The notes under the pieces were generated by a model. It had not been told where the DNA came from and searched no databases. It saw only the letters and a program-made list of their open reading frames with translations. Source: Bacteroidales bacterium (lineage in GTDB: Bacteria; Bacteroidota; Bacteroidia; Bacteroidales; VadinHA17). From it: a stretch of DNA of 64,000 nucleotides. A program made the position numbers and the translations under genes. Each line of letters opens with the position of its first letter. The stretch's first letter is position 1. The stretch lies in NCBI GenBank assembly GCA_036759025.1, contig DAIOVL010000015.1, forward strand, positions 3,676-67,675, given 5' to 3'. Shown one piece after another: positions 44,527 through 54,447 of this stretch.

Positions 44527-46131
44527 TCAGTTACCATCCTTGATGAAAAGAACTGCAGCATCGGTTCTGAACCCTGTATCTATTACAACCTCAGCATCTC
44601 CGTTCAGATCAGGAAGCGACTTCTTCTCACCTGTTCTGATATCAAGTGCTGTAAGCCTGAATATACCGGGAATCCCTGACAGGTCAACAGTAAAGATACC
44701 TCCTTCCTCCAGAAAGACCGCAAGATTATTCCCGAATTTTCCGCATACACCACGGCTGACGAGAGTCGATGCCGGCACAAATTCATCCAGATCATCTGTC
44801 AGGATACTGAAGAAATCGGTAAAATAGCTCATACGGAGCATACCCGTATCATTTGCCATCAGGTAATTATAAAGGGATATTCCCTGTTTACCAGCCTCAT
44901 CAGGAGGAAAGGGAGTGTTTATACCCTGGTGATTTCTCATCAGGCTTCCCATTGTAGGAAAAGCCATAGCATGAACAAAATTCCTGTAAGTATTCTGAAT
45001 TCCCACATCCTGGTTTCCGTCCATTTCATACCAGTATTCTTCATACCATACCGGCTTTTGCCATTCCCGCAGTCTCAGTGCATTTACGTACTGCTGCGGC
45101 GATGTCCTGTCGCCTTCCTGGACCTTTATATAATCAATGTTATTATCAGCGGCAGCATTAAAATCCACCCTGGTATTGTGGCTTCCCACAGGGTGATCAT
45201 ATGGATCATATTTTTTTACCAGTTCGGCATAATGCTCACCGACCCACTCCCACGATTTATCTTCCAGCCTGTAACTGCCCACGGCTTCATTAAGTTCACC
45301 GAACAATCCCCACCTTACGTTAAAAGCTGCGTAACGTGCTATTATATACCGGAACCATCTGTCACTTCTCTCCATGGTCCTGAATCTTGTGAACCACTGG
45401 CTGTTATCGGGAAATCCACCTATAACCAGTCCCATCATAATGCCTTTATCGTTTGCATACTGAACCATGGTATCAAGCTGCCTGCTGAAAAAATCAACCA
45501 GCAGGGTATCGGAAGCAGGGTCTCTGCCGGCAAAAGGTTTCAGTTCCGATCTGGTATATTTACCGAGCCAGCAGCAACCCATGAATGTATTATAACCCCT
45601 GTCAGCGATCAGGTCCATCCATTCCTTCCATTCGCTTAATGTAAATTCTTCAGAAAAAGACCATTGGGTTTCACCGACGGGGAAAAATGGTGTTCCATCA
45701 CTCAGCTTCCACGAGTAGGTACCTTCCCGCTCAAGGAAACCATGGTAAAGGATATTTGAGTTCAGCTTATCAGAGGAGGAGGCTATTGCATTAAAACTGC
45801 CTCTGTGGTTGTCAAGTCCTTTATCCGATGATTCGGTATTGAACTCCCACCGCCCCTTTTTTGTGGGGGAGAATCTCACTTTCCAGATATTACCTCCATC
45901 CCAGAAACCATAAACCCTGTATGACGAACCGGAAGCCTCTCCGGAAACTCCATGGAAGTTGGCAATCAGCTCCGGCCCGTTGACATAAGGATTTGAACCC
46001 GGGCCGGAGGCTTCAAAAGATAATTCCAGTACCCTGAAGAGTTCAGTATCAGGTATGGTTCTGGCACAAGAAACTGATAATACGGTTATAAGAACCGCTC
46101 CAGTAAAAATCAGTTTTAGATTGTTTTTCAC
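44527..46131 (-). CDS. DUF5060 + DUF4038 (GH140-like) putative glycoside hydrolase, lipoprotein
   Basis: 534-aa ORF with lipobox VLSVSC. YRVYGFWDGGNIWKVRFSPTKKGRWEF is DUF5060-like, and LSDGTPFFPVGETQW is a DUF4038-like start. Confidence 0.55.
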   Translation of the reverse strand: MKNNLKLIFTGAVLITVLSVSCARTIPDTELFRVLELSFEASGPGSNPYVNGPELIANFHGVSGEASGSSYRVYGFWDGGNIWKVRFSPTKKGRWEFNTESSDKGLDNHRGSFNAIASSSDKLNSNILYHGFLEREGTYSWKLSDGTPFFPVGETQWSFSEEFTLSEWKEWMDLIADRGYNTFMGCCWLGKYTRSELKPFAGRDPASDTLLVDFFSRQLDTMVQYANDKGIMMGLVIGGFPDNSQWFTRFRTMERSDRWFRYIIARYAAFNVRWGLFGELNEAVGSYRLEDKSWEWVGEHYAELVKKYDPYDHPVGSHNTRVDFNAAADNNIDYIKVQEGDRTSPQQYVNALRLREWQKPVWYEEYWYEMDGNQDVGIQNTYRNFVHAMAFPTMGSLMRNHQGINTPFPPDEAGKQGISLYNYLMANDTGMLRMSYFTDFFSILTDDLDEFVPASTLVSRGVCGKFGNNLAVFLEEGGIFTVDLSGIPGIFRLTALDIRTGEKKSLPDLNGDAEVVIDTGFRTDAAVLFIKDGN

Positions 46132-46143
46132 AGCTTTATATTT

Positions 46144-48396
46144 TTAGTTACCGGCAAGGTTAACGAACTGAGACCGGTCAGAGGCCCAGTTTTTTTCAGG
46201 CATCTCGCCCATTATTAATTCGAGAGTTCCGCCATCAGTAATTTCCGTATGCTTTATCCATGCCCTGTTAAAATCCTTTCCGTTAAGCTTCGCCGACTGA
46301 ATGTATTTGTTTTTGCGGGAGCAATTTTTCGCTCTGACAGTAAATGTCTTTCCGTCAGACAGTTTAATTTTGATTTCATTGAAAAAGGGGCTTCCGATAG
46401 CATAAAGTCCGTTCCCGGGAGTCACAGGGTAAAATCCCATTGCCGAGAAGACATACCATGAACATAGTGCACCTCCGTCCTCATCGCCGGGGAGGCCCAG
46501 GGGATCATCATCAAACCACATTTCCATTATCTCCCTGATCCTTCGTTGTGTCTTCCATGGTTTACCGGCATAATTATAAAGGTAAGGAACATGGAATGAG
46601 GGTTCATTTCCGGCAGGGAACATCCCGTTAAGACCTGATGCATCTGGAAATTGTCCCATGAACCGCCATTTTGCAATTTTGGATGGCTCATTAAAAAGAT
46701 CATCCAGGCGTCTTGTAAATACCTCTTCTCCTCCCATCAGTGAGATCAGGTCGGGGATATCGTGCATTACTGAAAAATTCCATATCCATGCATTGTTTTC
46801 GGCAAAATACATCCTGCCTCCCACGCCTCCCGATAAGCCGGGATCAAAAGGCTCCACCCATGTTCCGTCAGCTTTTTTTGGCGACATGAAGCCTGTGACC
46901 GGATTATAGACGTTACGGTAATTTTTTGAACGTTGCATGAAATAATTGTGATCTTCTTCCTTTCCCAGAGCTTTTGCCAGGTTTGCCAGGCACCAGTCGT
47001 CATAGCTGTGCTCGAGAGTAACAGCCACCGACTGACGATTCTCAAAACCGTCGACCATAGGTTCAGTCTCTTTTTCACCTTCATCCAGGGCCGGATACCA
47101 TCCCTTTTCGAGATAAAAGCTGTCGAGGGAGCACATAGGTCCCGCACGCCATGGCAGCATCGTCCCGCTCATGGCATTTTTTTTCAGTCCTTCATAAGCC
47201 TTTTCAACGTCAAACCCGGCACCACCCTTGCTATATATATCCCACAGCAGGGCAGCCGAATGAAAACCTATCATCGCCGGAAAATCCCCGTAAAACTGGG
47301 GAAAGGTTGGCATCCATCCACTCTGCTCATACATGAGCACATACGACTGCGCCATGTCGATACGTTTCTGAGGGTCAAGAATGAAGAAAAGGGGATGATG
47401 GCTTCTGAAAGTATCCCATAGCCAGTCGTCGACATAGAAAGGCCTTCCGTTATCGTCATGGATTTTCCTGTCGTATCCGCTGTAATATCTTCCATATTCG
47501 GAAATGTTGACCATACGCTCATATCCCCGGTAGAGGCTCGTATAGAATATCCTCTTCTGCCTTTCTGTACCTCCTTTTACTATGATCTTTCCAAGGGCAT
47601 CTTTCCAGATACTGTGGCTTTCTTCTTTAATTTTTTCAAATGATCTGCCTTCAGTTTCCCTTAACAGGTTATCGCGCGCCTGTTCCTCATCAATGAATGA
47701 AATCCCTATTCTTACTTCAACTGGTAATCCTGTTTTTTCAAATGAAACATATAATCCTGTCCTTGTACCTGACACCTTATCCACTCCACTAATAATCTGA
47801 TTATCAGCAATAACACCATGGTTTATAAAGTTTTCAGTGAATTCTGCATGGAAATACTGCTTCGTATTCATGAATTCTTCCCAGCCTGTTACCACATTAT
47901 TGCTGTTAACAGTGAAGAAGGCTTTTCCTTTCGACCTGAAAAGAACATGATTTGAATCGCCTGACATGAACATGAACCTGTATAATACCGAGTGAGCGGT
48001 TGTAGTCCATTCAGCACTGATGTCTGAATCTTCAAGAAGCACCCTGTGATACCATGGATGTACTTCCTCAAGGTCGTGATCATATGAAGAAGCATTTTCA
48101 TTAATTCCGGGTGAAAGGATACCGCTGGCAGGCATAAGTTCGGTCACGTATCCTCTTCTGTAGGCAGGCATATTAAGAGCGAAACCGTAAATCTTATCGC
48201 TAAGATACCTGTCTCCGAGCCCGGGTCTGGTAACCGGGAAGACTCTTACCATGCTGTTCGGTCTGTGAACAGTAGGGGTTTTTGTAGTGAGAAGGGGTGC
48301 CACACCGCCTATATTAGGGTCAACGTATGATGTCACATCACTGTTATTGCAAGAAGCAATGAGTGCAGCAAGCAAAATCATTAATGTCAGTCTCAT
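46144..48396 (-). CDS. Glycoside hydrolase family 92 (alpha-mannosidase family), lipoprotein
   Basis: 750-aa ORF with lipobox ALIASC. The C-terminal GH92 hallmark is FSAMGFYPVTPGNGLYAIGSPFFNEIKIKLSDGKTFTVRAKNCSRKNKYIQSAKLNGK. The N-terminal region is more divergent. Confidence 0.8.
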   Translation of the reverse strand: MRLTLMILLAALIASCNNSDVTSYVDPNIGGVAPLLTTKTPTVHRPNSMVRVFPVTRPGLGDRYLSDKIYGFALNMPAYRRGYVTELMPASGILSPGINENASSYDHDLEEVHPWYHRVLLEDSDISAEWTTTAHSVLYRFMFMSGDSNHVLFRSKGKAFFTVNSNNVVTGWEEFMNTKQYFHAEFTENFINHGVIADNQIISGVDKVSGTRTGLYVSFEKTGLPVEVRIGISFIDEEQARDNLLRETEGRSFEKIKEESHSIWKDALGKIIVKGGTERQKRIFYTSLYRGYERMVNISEYGRYYSGYDRKIHDDNGRPFYVDDWLWDTFRSHHPLFFILDPQKRIDMAQSYVLMYEQSGWMPTFPQFYGDFPAMIGFHSAALLWDIYSKGGAGFDVEKAYEGLKKNAMSGTMLPWRAGPMCSLDSFYLEKGWYPALDEGEKETEPMVDGFENRQSVAVTLEHSYDDWCLANLAKALGKEEDHNYFMQRSKNYRNVYNPVTGFMSPKKADGTWVEPFDPGLSGGVGGRMYFAENNAWIWNFSVMHDIPDLISLMGGEEVFTRRLDDLFNEPSKIAKWRFMGQFPDASGLNGMFPAGNEPSFHVPYLYNYAGKPWKTQRRIREIMEMWFDDDPLGLPGDEDGGALCSWYVFSAMGFYPVTPGNGLYAIGSPFFNEIKIKLSDGKTFTVRAKNCSRKNKYIQSAKLNGKDFNRAWIKHTEITDGGTLELIMGEMPEKNWASDRSQFVNLAGN

Positions 48397-48583
48397 TATG
48401 ATTTGATTATGTGATTATTTTAAAATAAGGATACTTATTTTTGAATTCAAAAAAAGGATAAACTCCAATTACAAATCCAGGCATAAATTACTTTTGCAAT
48501 AGAATGAAAAATACGACATAAAAAATTAATGACCATAAAATTGATATTCAAATATACTGATAACACTTTATTAAAATTATAAC

Positions 48584-49573
48584 ATGAAAACGATTGTCTT
48601 TCTGATGGCTCTGTCACTTTTGATTTTTGGATCATGTGCCGATAGAGAAAATGAAGTTGTCAAAATCATTTTAGACACCGATCTCGGGCCTGATTATGAT
48701 GATGTGGGTGCTCTTGCATTTCTTCATGCGATGGCCGACAGCGGCAGGGCTGAAATTCTTGCCACGGTGTCATCGAATAAAAATGAGCTTGTGGCTCCTT
48801 CAATTGATGTTATCAACACCTACTTCAACAGAGGAGACCTGGAGATCGGGGCCCCGAAAGGTGAAGGAGCCGATATGGAAGCCCGTCAGCACTGGGCCGA
48901 TTCAATAATTAAATATTACCCTCACGATGTAAAGAGAACATCGGATGTACCTGATGCTGTTGAGATATACAGGAAAGTGCTAAGCAGCCAGCCGGATAAT
49001 AGCGTTACTATAGTAACAGTCGGGTTTCTGACGAATATCAGCGGTTTACTGAAATCCGGTGCTGATAAGTACAGTAATCTCAATGGAACAGAGCTGGCAG
49101 CAAAAAAAGTGAAAAGACTCGTTTCCATGGCCGGAGGTTTTCCGTCGGGGAGGGAATTCAATATTTTCATTGACCCCGCATCATCCAGGTATGCACTTGA
49201 CAACTGGCCGGGGGAGATCATCTTCACCGGATTTGAAATAGGATCAAAGATATTTACAGGATTACGCCTGATCAGTTCAGACATTGAAGGTAGTCCGGTG
49301 AAGGATGTTTTCAGTATTAGTATCCCATTCTCTGAAGATGACAGGAACGGAAGGATGAGCTGGGATGAAACGGCTGTTCTTATCGGCGTCTATGGAACCC
49401 AGGGGTTTTTTGACACGGTACAGGGCAGGATAACAGTTACCGTTGAAGGAAATAACAGCTGGGAAAATGATCCCTCAGGAAAACATTTTTATGTCATCCA
49501 GAAGATGCCAATACCGGAAATGGCCTCATTTATAGAGGACAGGATGATGCATCAGCCTGTTGACCGGGAGTGA
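48584..49573 (+). CDS. Nucleoside hydrolase (IUNH)-family protein with a lipoprotein signal
   Basis: 329-aa ORF with lipobox LLIFGSC. The IUNH N-terminal Asp cluster is ILDTDLGPDYDDVGALAFLHAMA. Confidence 0.8.
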   Translation: MKTIVFLMALSLLIFGSCADRENEVVKIILDTDLGPDYDDVGALAFLHAMADSGRAEILATVSSNKNELVAPSIDVINTYFNRGDLEIGAPKGEGADMEARQHWADSIIKYYPHDVKRTSDVPDAVEIYRKVLSSQPDNSVTIVTVGFLTNISGLLKSGADKYSNLNGTELAAKKVKRLVSMAGGFPSGREFNIFIDPASSRYALDNWPGEIIFTGFEIGSKIFTGLRLISSDIEGSPVKDVFSISIPFSEDDRNGRMSWDETAVLIGVYGTQGFFDTVQGRITVTVEGNNSWENDPSGKHFYVIQKMPIPEMASFIEDRMMHQPVDRE

Positions 49574-49612
49574 TCGGGTAATTCAAGAAAAGGCTTCAGG
49601 AAAGGGATTTCG

Positions 49613-51736
49613 TTATTCTATTTTTCCTTTATACATGATATTATTCCATCTGCGGATACCTGTTATCTTTTTATAGGGTCCAAAAACCTGATTTTCTGAT
49701 CCGGTATCAGCAGCTTTATAGAGGTACCATACAGGTTTTTTCCCTCCCGGATCGTCTTCGTCATCCGGAAACTTTCTCAGTCCCAGTCTTAATCCTCCTT
49801 CTCCCCTGTGGTCAAACCAGTTATGCCACTGGAAACCGTCTATCCCGTCTAGTTTTTTCATTTTCTTCCAGGCATAGGCAAAACCTGCAGCCTGCTCAGC
49901 GAGATCTTGTTCTGAATAGGACCTGGAATTGGTTCCGTTCTCTGAAAGCCACAGAGTTCTTTTTATTTTTCCCTGGTACAACATTTCAGGTTTTTTCATT
50001 AATGCATCCAGCACTTCAAGATTTTTGAACGTGATCAACGGAGTGCTGAAGGAAAAATCAACCTGTTCATCAAGCCAGGTCTTTGGTTCAAAAAGGGATT
50101 GCGGATAAGGATGCTGGGCTACAGCCCAATGGAAGTCACCCTCCGCCCTCGTATAATCCAGTAATATCTCCATCAGGTCCCTTGAAGGATGGAACAAAGG
50201 ATTTGAAGTCCAGGCCCAATGGTGTGTAAGGCTTATGAATACTTCACTATGAGGATTATAGCTTCTTGCAACTGCATAACAAAGCCGCATCGATTTGATA
50301 TAGGCGTCCATATAAAGCAGTGCGCTTTTTCTGCCCATGTTCGTCCAGACCCATCCGGCATCAACTTCATTGTGGATGATAAGGTGGTTCAGCATCCCGT
50401 ATTTTTTGTCAGGCCGGGTATAGCGGCTTGTAAGAAAATCTATTACTGCGGCATAGCAATTAACGCTTTCGGGACTGGTCATATTCGGCATGCTGTAGAT
50501 ACCTGCCGGGTCCATATCGGGATGTTGAAGCAGCCTCCCGATTTCAGGGTCGGGACATTGTTCAGCTTTACCCACCAGCAGAATTCCGGCAGTCACAATC
50601 CCTCTCCCGGCTGTAGTCCTGAAGGTAGAATCAAGCATCATAACCTCCTTCTCCCTGAAATAATATCTCTGCCCGTTATAGTTATGCATTATTCTTCCGG
50701 GTGCCGGTTCCGTGAACATAAACCTTGTAAACCAGATGTTAACAGTGGCGCTTGATATTCCGAGCTCATCGAGATCCTCAATATGCCCGCGGTGTGCGCT
50801 GAAACCGCCTAAGCCCTTCCTGCTTCGCGGAACAACCGGACGGAGGTTGTATTTTGCCTTTATTTCATCCGGATAACGGGCATGTGAAACCAGCCGGTAT
50901 CCTGATGGATTTTTTTCAGCCAGGACCCATTTCGAGAGCAGTCTGTCGTAATTGATACCATCCCTCAGTGAAAAACGTTCTATATCCTTGCTGAATTCAC
51001 CCTCTCCCACCGGAAAAACAAACCTGAAATCTCCGGTTTCGGTAACATCCTCGTAAGGAGCAACCTCACAAAGGAACAGATCACTGCATGAAGCATGTCC
51101 TTTAATACATACTGTCTGGCTGTCAACTGTAACATTGATGATTTCAGATGAGTAATCAGCATTCAGATATTCCAGAATTCTCTTCTGCATTTCAGCTTCC
51201 ATCCGGGCTTTTTCATCCCTGTTCTTTGCCAGCATAATTTCCCTTTCCGTCGGGGGTCTTAAGGCTATATTCCTTATGTGGATTCTTACACCGGCTTTCC
51301 CTCCAAAATCAATCCTCAACCAGTCGCCTTCCTTACCCCAGTCGCCTTTATCCTGCGAGAGGTCAGCAGTAAAAAGTGTCCAACCTTCTGACAATCCTAC
51401 GGCACCGGTTCTCATTGACCTGGCTTCACTCAGGGGAGGGCCAAAGAAAAGTTCCATATGATCAAGGCCCTGAGGACAGAAATATTCAAAGGTTAAAATG
51501 TTATGATCACCGGGAATGGTATTTTTGAGCGGAAGTGAAATAATCCATGGATCGGCACCGGTTGTCACGATCTGGTATTCTCCATTCCGGAAATCCAATG
51601 CGATATGATTCATTTTGCCTGAATCAGGTTCTAGCATTACCTTTCCGGTCTGAGCCTGGGCATCGATCCTGCCGGCCATAAAAAACACAATCGCATAAAA
51701 GAAAAGGAAACGGCTGATAATGAAGCTGTAATTCAT
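49613..51736 (-). CDS. Secreted putative clan GH-A-like glycosidase (DUF5722-like) with an N-terminal beta-sandwich
   Basis: The ORF track starts at 51772 and overlaps the upstream stop. The start at MNYSFIISRFLFFYAIVFFMAGRIDAQAQ (51736) gives a signal peptide. Candidate catalytic motifs are LIIHNEVDAGWVW (NE) and TLWLSENGTNS. The family call is tentative. Confidence 0.4.
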   Translation of the reverse strand: MNYSFIISRFLFFYAIVFFMAGRIDAQAQTGKVMLEPDSGKMNHIALDFRNGEYQIVTTGADPWIISLPLKNTIPGDHNILTFEYFCPQGLDHMELFFGPPLSEARSMRTGAVGLSEGWTLFTADLSQDKGDWGKEGDWLRIDFGGKAGVRIHIRNIALRPPTEREIMLAKNRDEKARMEAEMQKRILEYLNADYSSEIINVTVDSQTVCIKGHASCSDLFLCEVAPYEDVTETGDFRFVFPVGEGEFSKDIERFSLRDGINYDRLLSKWVLAEKNPSGYRLVSHARYPDEIKAKYNLRPVVPRSRKGLGGFSAHRGHIEDLDELGISSATVNIWFTRFMFTEPAPGRIMHNYNGQRYYFREKEVMMLDSTFRTTAGRGIVTAGILLVGKAEQCPDPEIGRLLQHPDMDPAGIYSMPNMTSPESVNCYAAVIDFLTSRYTRPDKKYGMLNHLIIHNEVDAGWVWTNMGRKSALLYMDAYIKSMRLCYAVARSYNPHSEVFISLTHHWAWTSNPLFHPSRDLMEILLDYTRAEGDFHWAVAQHPYPQSLFEPKTWLDEQVDFSFSTPLITFKNLEVLDALMKKPEMLYQGKIKRTLWLSENGTNSRSYSEQDLAEQAAGFAYAWKKMKKLDGIDGFQWHNWFDHRGEGGLRLGLRKFPDDEDDPGGKKPVWYLYKAADTGSENQVFGPYKKITGIRRWNNIMYKGKIE

Positions 51737-51764
51737 GTAAATCATCCTGATCAGACGGAAGTGA

Positions 51765-53342
51765 TTATCCAAGAATATATGCAGAAGCCAGGTTTGTGTA
51801 ACTGCGCACCTGATCCTCTTCCCATTTTTTATCTTTTTTCAGTTCATCAGCCATCAGTGAAGCGACTGCCGGTGCCATCTCTACTGATGCTGCGGCGTCG
51901 AGAAACAGGGTTCTCACTCTTCGTGCCAGCACATCGTCCACGGTTCTTGCCATTTCATGTCTTACTGCCCAAACAACGCATGCAGCGGTACATTCGAAAG
52001 AAGGATGTATCTTTTCTGCCAGCCGAGGATTTTCAGAATAAAGCCCCTTTATTCCTGCACTGTCGCTACCATAGACGGAGAGCCAGTCTCTGTCATCGCC
52101 GGCTTTTTCAGTGGCTCCATGGATCATAAGATCGGGAGTGATGCATTTTCGTGAAGGGAGTTTTTGTATGCTGACTGCCATGTTAACAGTATCTTCGGCC
52201 ATTTTCCTGTAAGTTGTCCACTTGCCTCCGGTTATTGTCACGAGTCCGCTTTTTGATGCTATAAGCTTATGGCTTCGTGAAATCTCCTTTGTCCTGGCAG
52301 TGCCGGTGTCATCCTTCGGTGCAGCCAGCGGCCTGAGTCCTGCGAACACACACAGGACATCTTTTCGCCGGGGTTTGACAGACAGGTAGCGACCGGCTGT
52401 CTCGAGTATAAAATCTATTTCTTCCTCGCGTGCTTTTGGTTCAAGCACGAATTCATTCACCGGAATGTCAGTAGTTCCGAGGATAACGCGGTCGTGCCAG
52501 GGAACGCCGAACATTACTCTTCCGTCGCTTGTACGTGGGACCATAATTGCATCTTCAGCACCGAGAAAAGATTTCGCTACGACAAGGTGAACACCCTGGC
52601 TGGGACGAACAAGAGGTCTCTGGCGCAAATCATCCATTTTGATGATTTCATCGACAAAGATTCCGGTGGCATTAATGATGCAACGTCCCTTAATTTCGAA
52701 GCTGCCGCCATCAATAGCATCTTCAGCAGAAACACCGCAGATGATTCCCTTGCTGTTCTTTACCAGTCCCTTTACCGGAAAATGATTTAGCATCACCGCT
52801 CCGTTGTCGACAGCTGTCTGCATAAGATTGATGGCCAGTCTCGAATCATCAAACTGCCCGTCGTGGTATGATACGCCTCCTGTAAGATTTTTCCTTTCTA
52901 TCTGTGGAATACGCTTAACAGCTTCCTCTTTACTCAGGGGATGGGAATAACCCATTCTCATTCTTCCTGAAAGAAGGTCGTACAGTGTCAGTCCGAGGGT
53001 ATAGAACGACTTCTCCCACCATTTATAGGTAGCAATTACAAAACGCTGGTTTCTGACGAGGTGGGGTGCGTTTTTCAGGAGAAGACCTCTTTCGCGGAGG
53101 GCTTCCATTACGAGACCCACATCGCCTTTCTGGAGGTAGCGTACACCTCCGTGGACGAGCTTGGTGCTGCGGCAGGATGTTGATTTGGAAAAATCAGATT
53201 GTTCAAGAAGAATGGTTTTATAGCCGCGGCTGGAGGAGTCAACAGCAATACCAAGGCCTGTTGCTCCTCCGCCGATTACTATAAAGTCCCAGGTTTCATC
53301 CCTGGCCTTGATCTGCCTTACAAATTCCTCCCTGTTATACAA
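51765..53342 (-). CDS. glpD: FAD-dependent glycerol-3-phosphate dehydrogenase/oxidase family protein
   Basis: 525-aa ORF. FAD-binding fold DFIVIGGGATGLGIAVDSSSRGYKTILLEQSDF followed by STKLVHGGVRYL, typical of GlpD/GlpO. Confidence 0.75.
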   Translation of the reverse strand: MYNREEFVRQIKARDETWDFIVIGGGATGLGIAVDSSSRGYKTILLEQSDFSKSTSCRSTKLVHGGVRYLQKGDVGLVMEALRERGLLLKNAPHLVRNQRFVIATYKWWEKSFYTLGLTLYDLLSGRMRMGYSHPLSKEEAVKRIPQIERKNLTGGVSYHDGQFDDSRLAINLMQTAVDNGAVMLNHFPVKGLVKNSKGIICGVSAEDAIDGGSFEIKGRCIINATGIFVDEIIKMDDLRQRPLVRPSQGVHLVVAKSFLGAEDAIMVPRTSDGRVMFGVPWHDRVILGTTDIPVNEFVLEPKAREEEIDFILETAGRYLSVKPRRKDVLCVFAGLRPLAAPKDDTGTARTKEISRSHKLIASKSGLVTITGGKWTTYRKMAEDTVNMAVSIQKLPSRKCITPDLMIHGATEKAGDDRDWLSVYGSDSAGIKGLYSENPRLAEKIHPSFECTAACVVWAVRHEMARTVDDVLARRVRTLFLDAAASVEMAPAVASLMADELKKDKKWEEDQVRSYTNLASAYILG

Positions 53343-53368
53343 TTAGGCTTCGGATTTTGATAAAGGTA

Positions 53369-54265
53369 TCAGGAATTCTTCCTGGAGTTTTCAATCATCT
53401 TGTTAAAAATTACAAGCTGTTCCTTCATGGCAGCCACCCTGTCGGGAGGATTTGTACGTGCTTCCAGGAGTATCCACCCCGAGTATTTCATTCCGGTGAA
53501 GAGGTCAAACAGTTTCTGGTACGGATATTCACCTTCATTCAGTTCACGTACATGAACGGTATCTCCAAAGTATTTTTTTACGGAGTTGAAATTAGCCTCC
53601 AGTCCAGGGGGCAGGAGATCCTGATCGTTGCAGTTCCAGCACATTTTGACATTTTTTTCGGTAACCTGGTCAAAGATGGCTTTCATGTTTGGAATTTCCT
53701 GGGTTATGTTACCATGAACTTCCACCCTTACCAGCTGACCGTAATCCTGTGCAAATTTGCCGCATTCGTTGAGCGATGCTGCTATCTGGGCTATTGTCTT
53801 TTCGCGGGGTACCTCAGGAGGCAGGTAGTTTGGTTTCACCTTAATACCTGTGGCACCGATATCCTTGCAAAGCTTAATATACTCTTTGGTTCCGTCGATA
53901 TTTTTCTTAAGCTGAGCAGGATCGGGGCTGTGATATTCGTAATTTGCCCCATAGCCAACACATGTTACAGCGCTGTCGGCGAATCTCTTTTTTACTTCAG
54001 CGCGCTGTGCAGGTGTAAGGTCTATCTCCACCTTGTGTGCATGCTGTACACGGAGTTCAACACCCAGTAGTCCGGATGTTTCGCAATTGGAGATTAGTGT
54101 CGGCAGATCCCAGTCTCTGCCCCACAGATAGGTTACCAGACCCAGTTTCATTCCTTTTTTTGCAGAAGCAGCTCCTATTTCAGGAAACTCTTTGAGGAAT
54201 GCCAGTGCCACACCGGCACCAAGGCTTTTCTGGATGAACTGGCGGCGTGAGAGGTCGTTTTTCAT
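53369..54265 (-). CDS. Tat-exported xylose isomerase-like TIM-barrel protein (sugar phosphate isomerase/epimerase family)
   Basis: 298-aa ORF. Twin-arginine signal LSRRQFIQKSLGAGVALA. XI-like pattern GLVTYLWG...GVELR...RVEVHG. Confidence 0.8.
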   Translation of the reverse strand: MKNDLSRRQFIQKSLGAGVALAFLKEFPEIGAASAKKGMKLGLVTYLWGRDWDLPTLISNCETSGLLGVELRVQHAHKVEIDLTPAQRAEVKKRFADSAVTCVGYGANYEYHSPDPAQLKKNIDGTKEYIKLCKDIGATGIKVKPNYLPPEVPREKTIAQIAASLNECGKFAQDYGQLVRVEVHGNITQEIPNMKAIFDQVTEKNVKMCWNCNDQDLLPPGLEANFNSVKKYFGDTVHVRELNEGEYPYQKLFDLFTGMKYSGWILLEARTNPPDRVAAMKEQLVIFNKMIENSRKNS

Positions 54266-54331
54266 ATGTTTAATTTTACGTTGGTTAATAATTTTTTATT
54301 GTGGAATCACATCTTCACCAGGTCACTGCGG

Positions 54332-54400
54332 GCAGGCGTGCTATCTCTGCTTTGCCCGGCTTCTCATGGCAAAGCGTGTTAGCTATGTACATCCGCCTGC
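54332..54400. other. GC-rich nested inverted repeats in the intercistronic gap
   Basis: Inner stem GCTTTGCC (54349..54356) / GGCAAAGC (54368..54375) with an 11-nt loop. Outer stem GCAGGCG (54332..54338) / CGCCTGC (54394..54400). No adjacent T-tract. Confidence 0.4.
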
Positions 54401-54447
54401 GGAGATCAGTGTAATTAAACCTGATTCTTTAAAGATAGCAATGTTAT

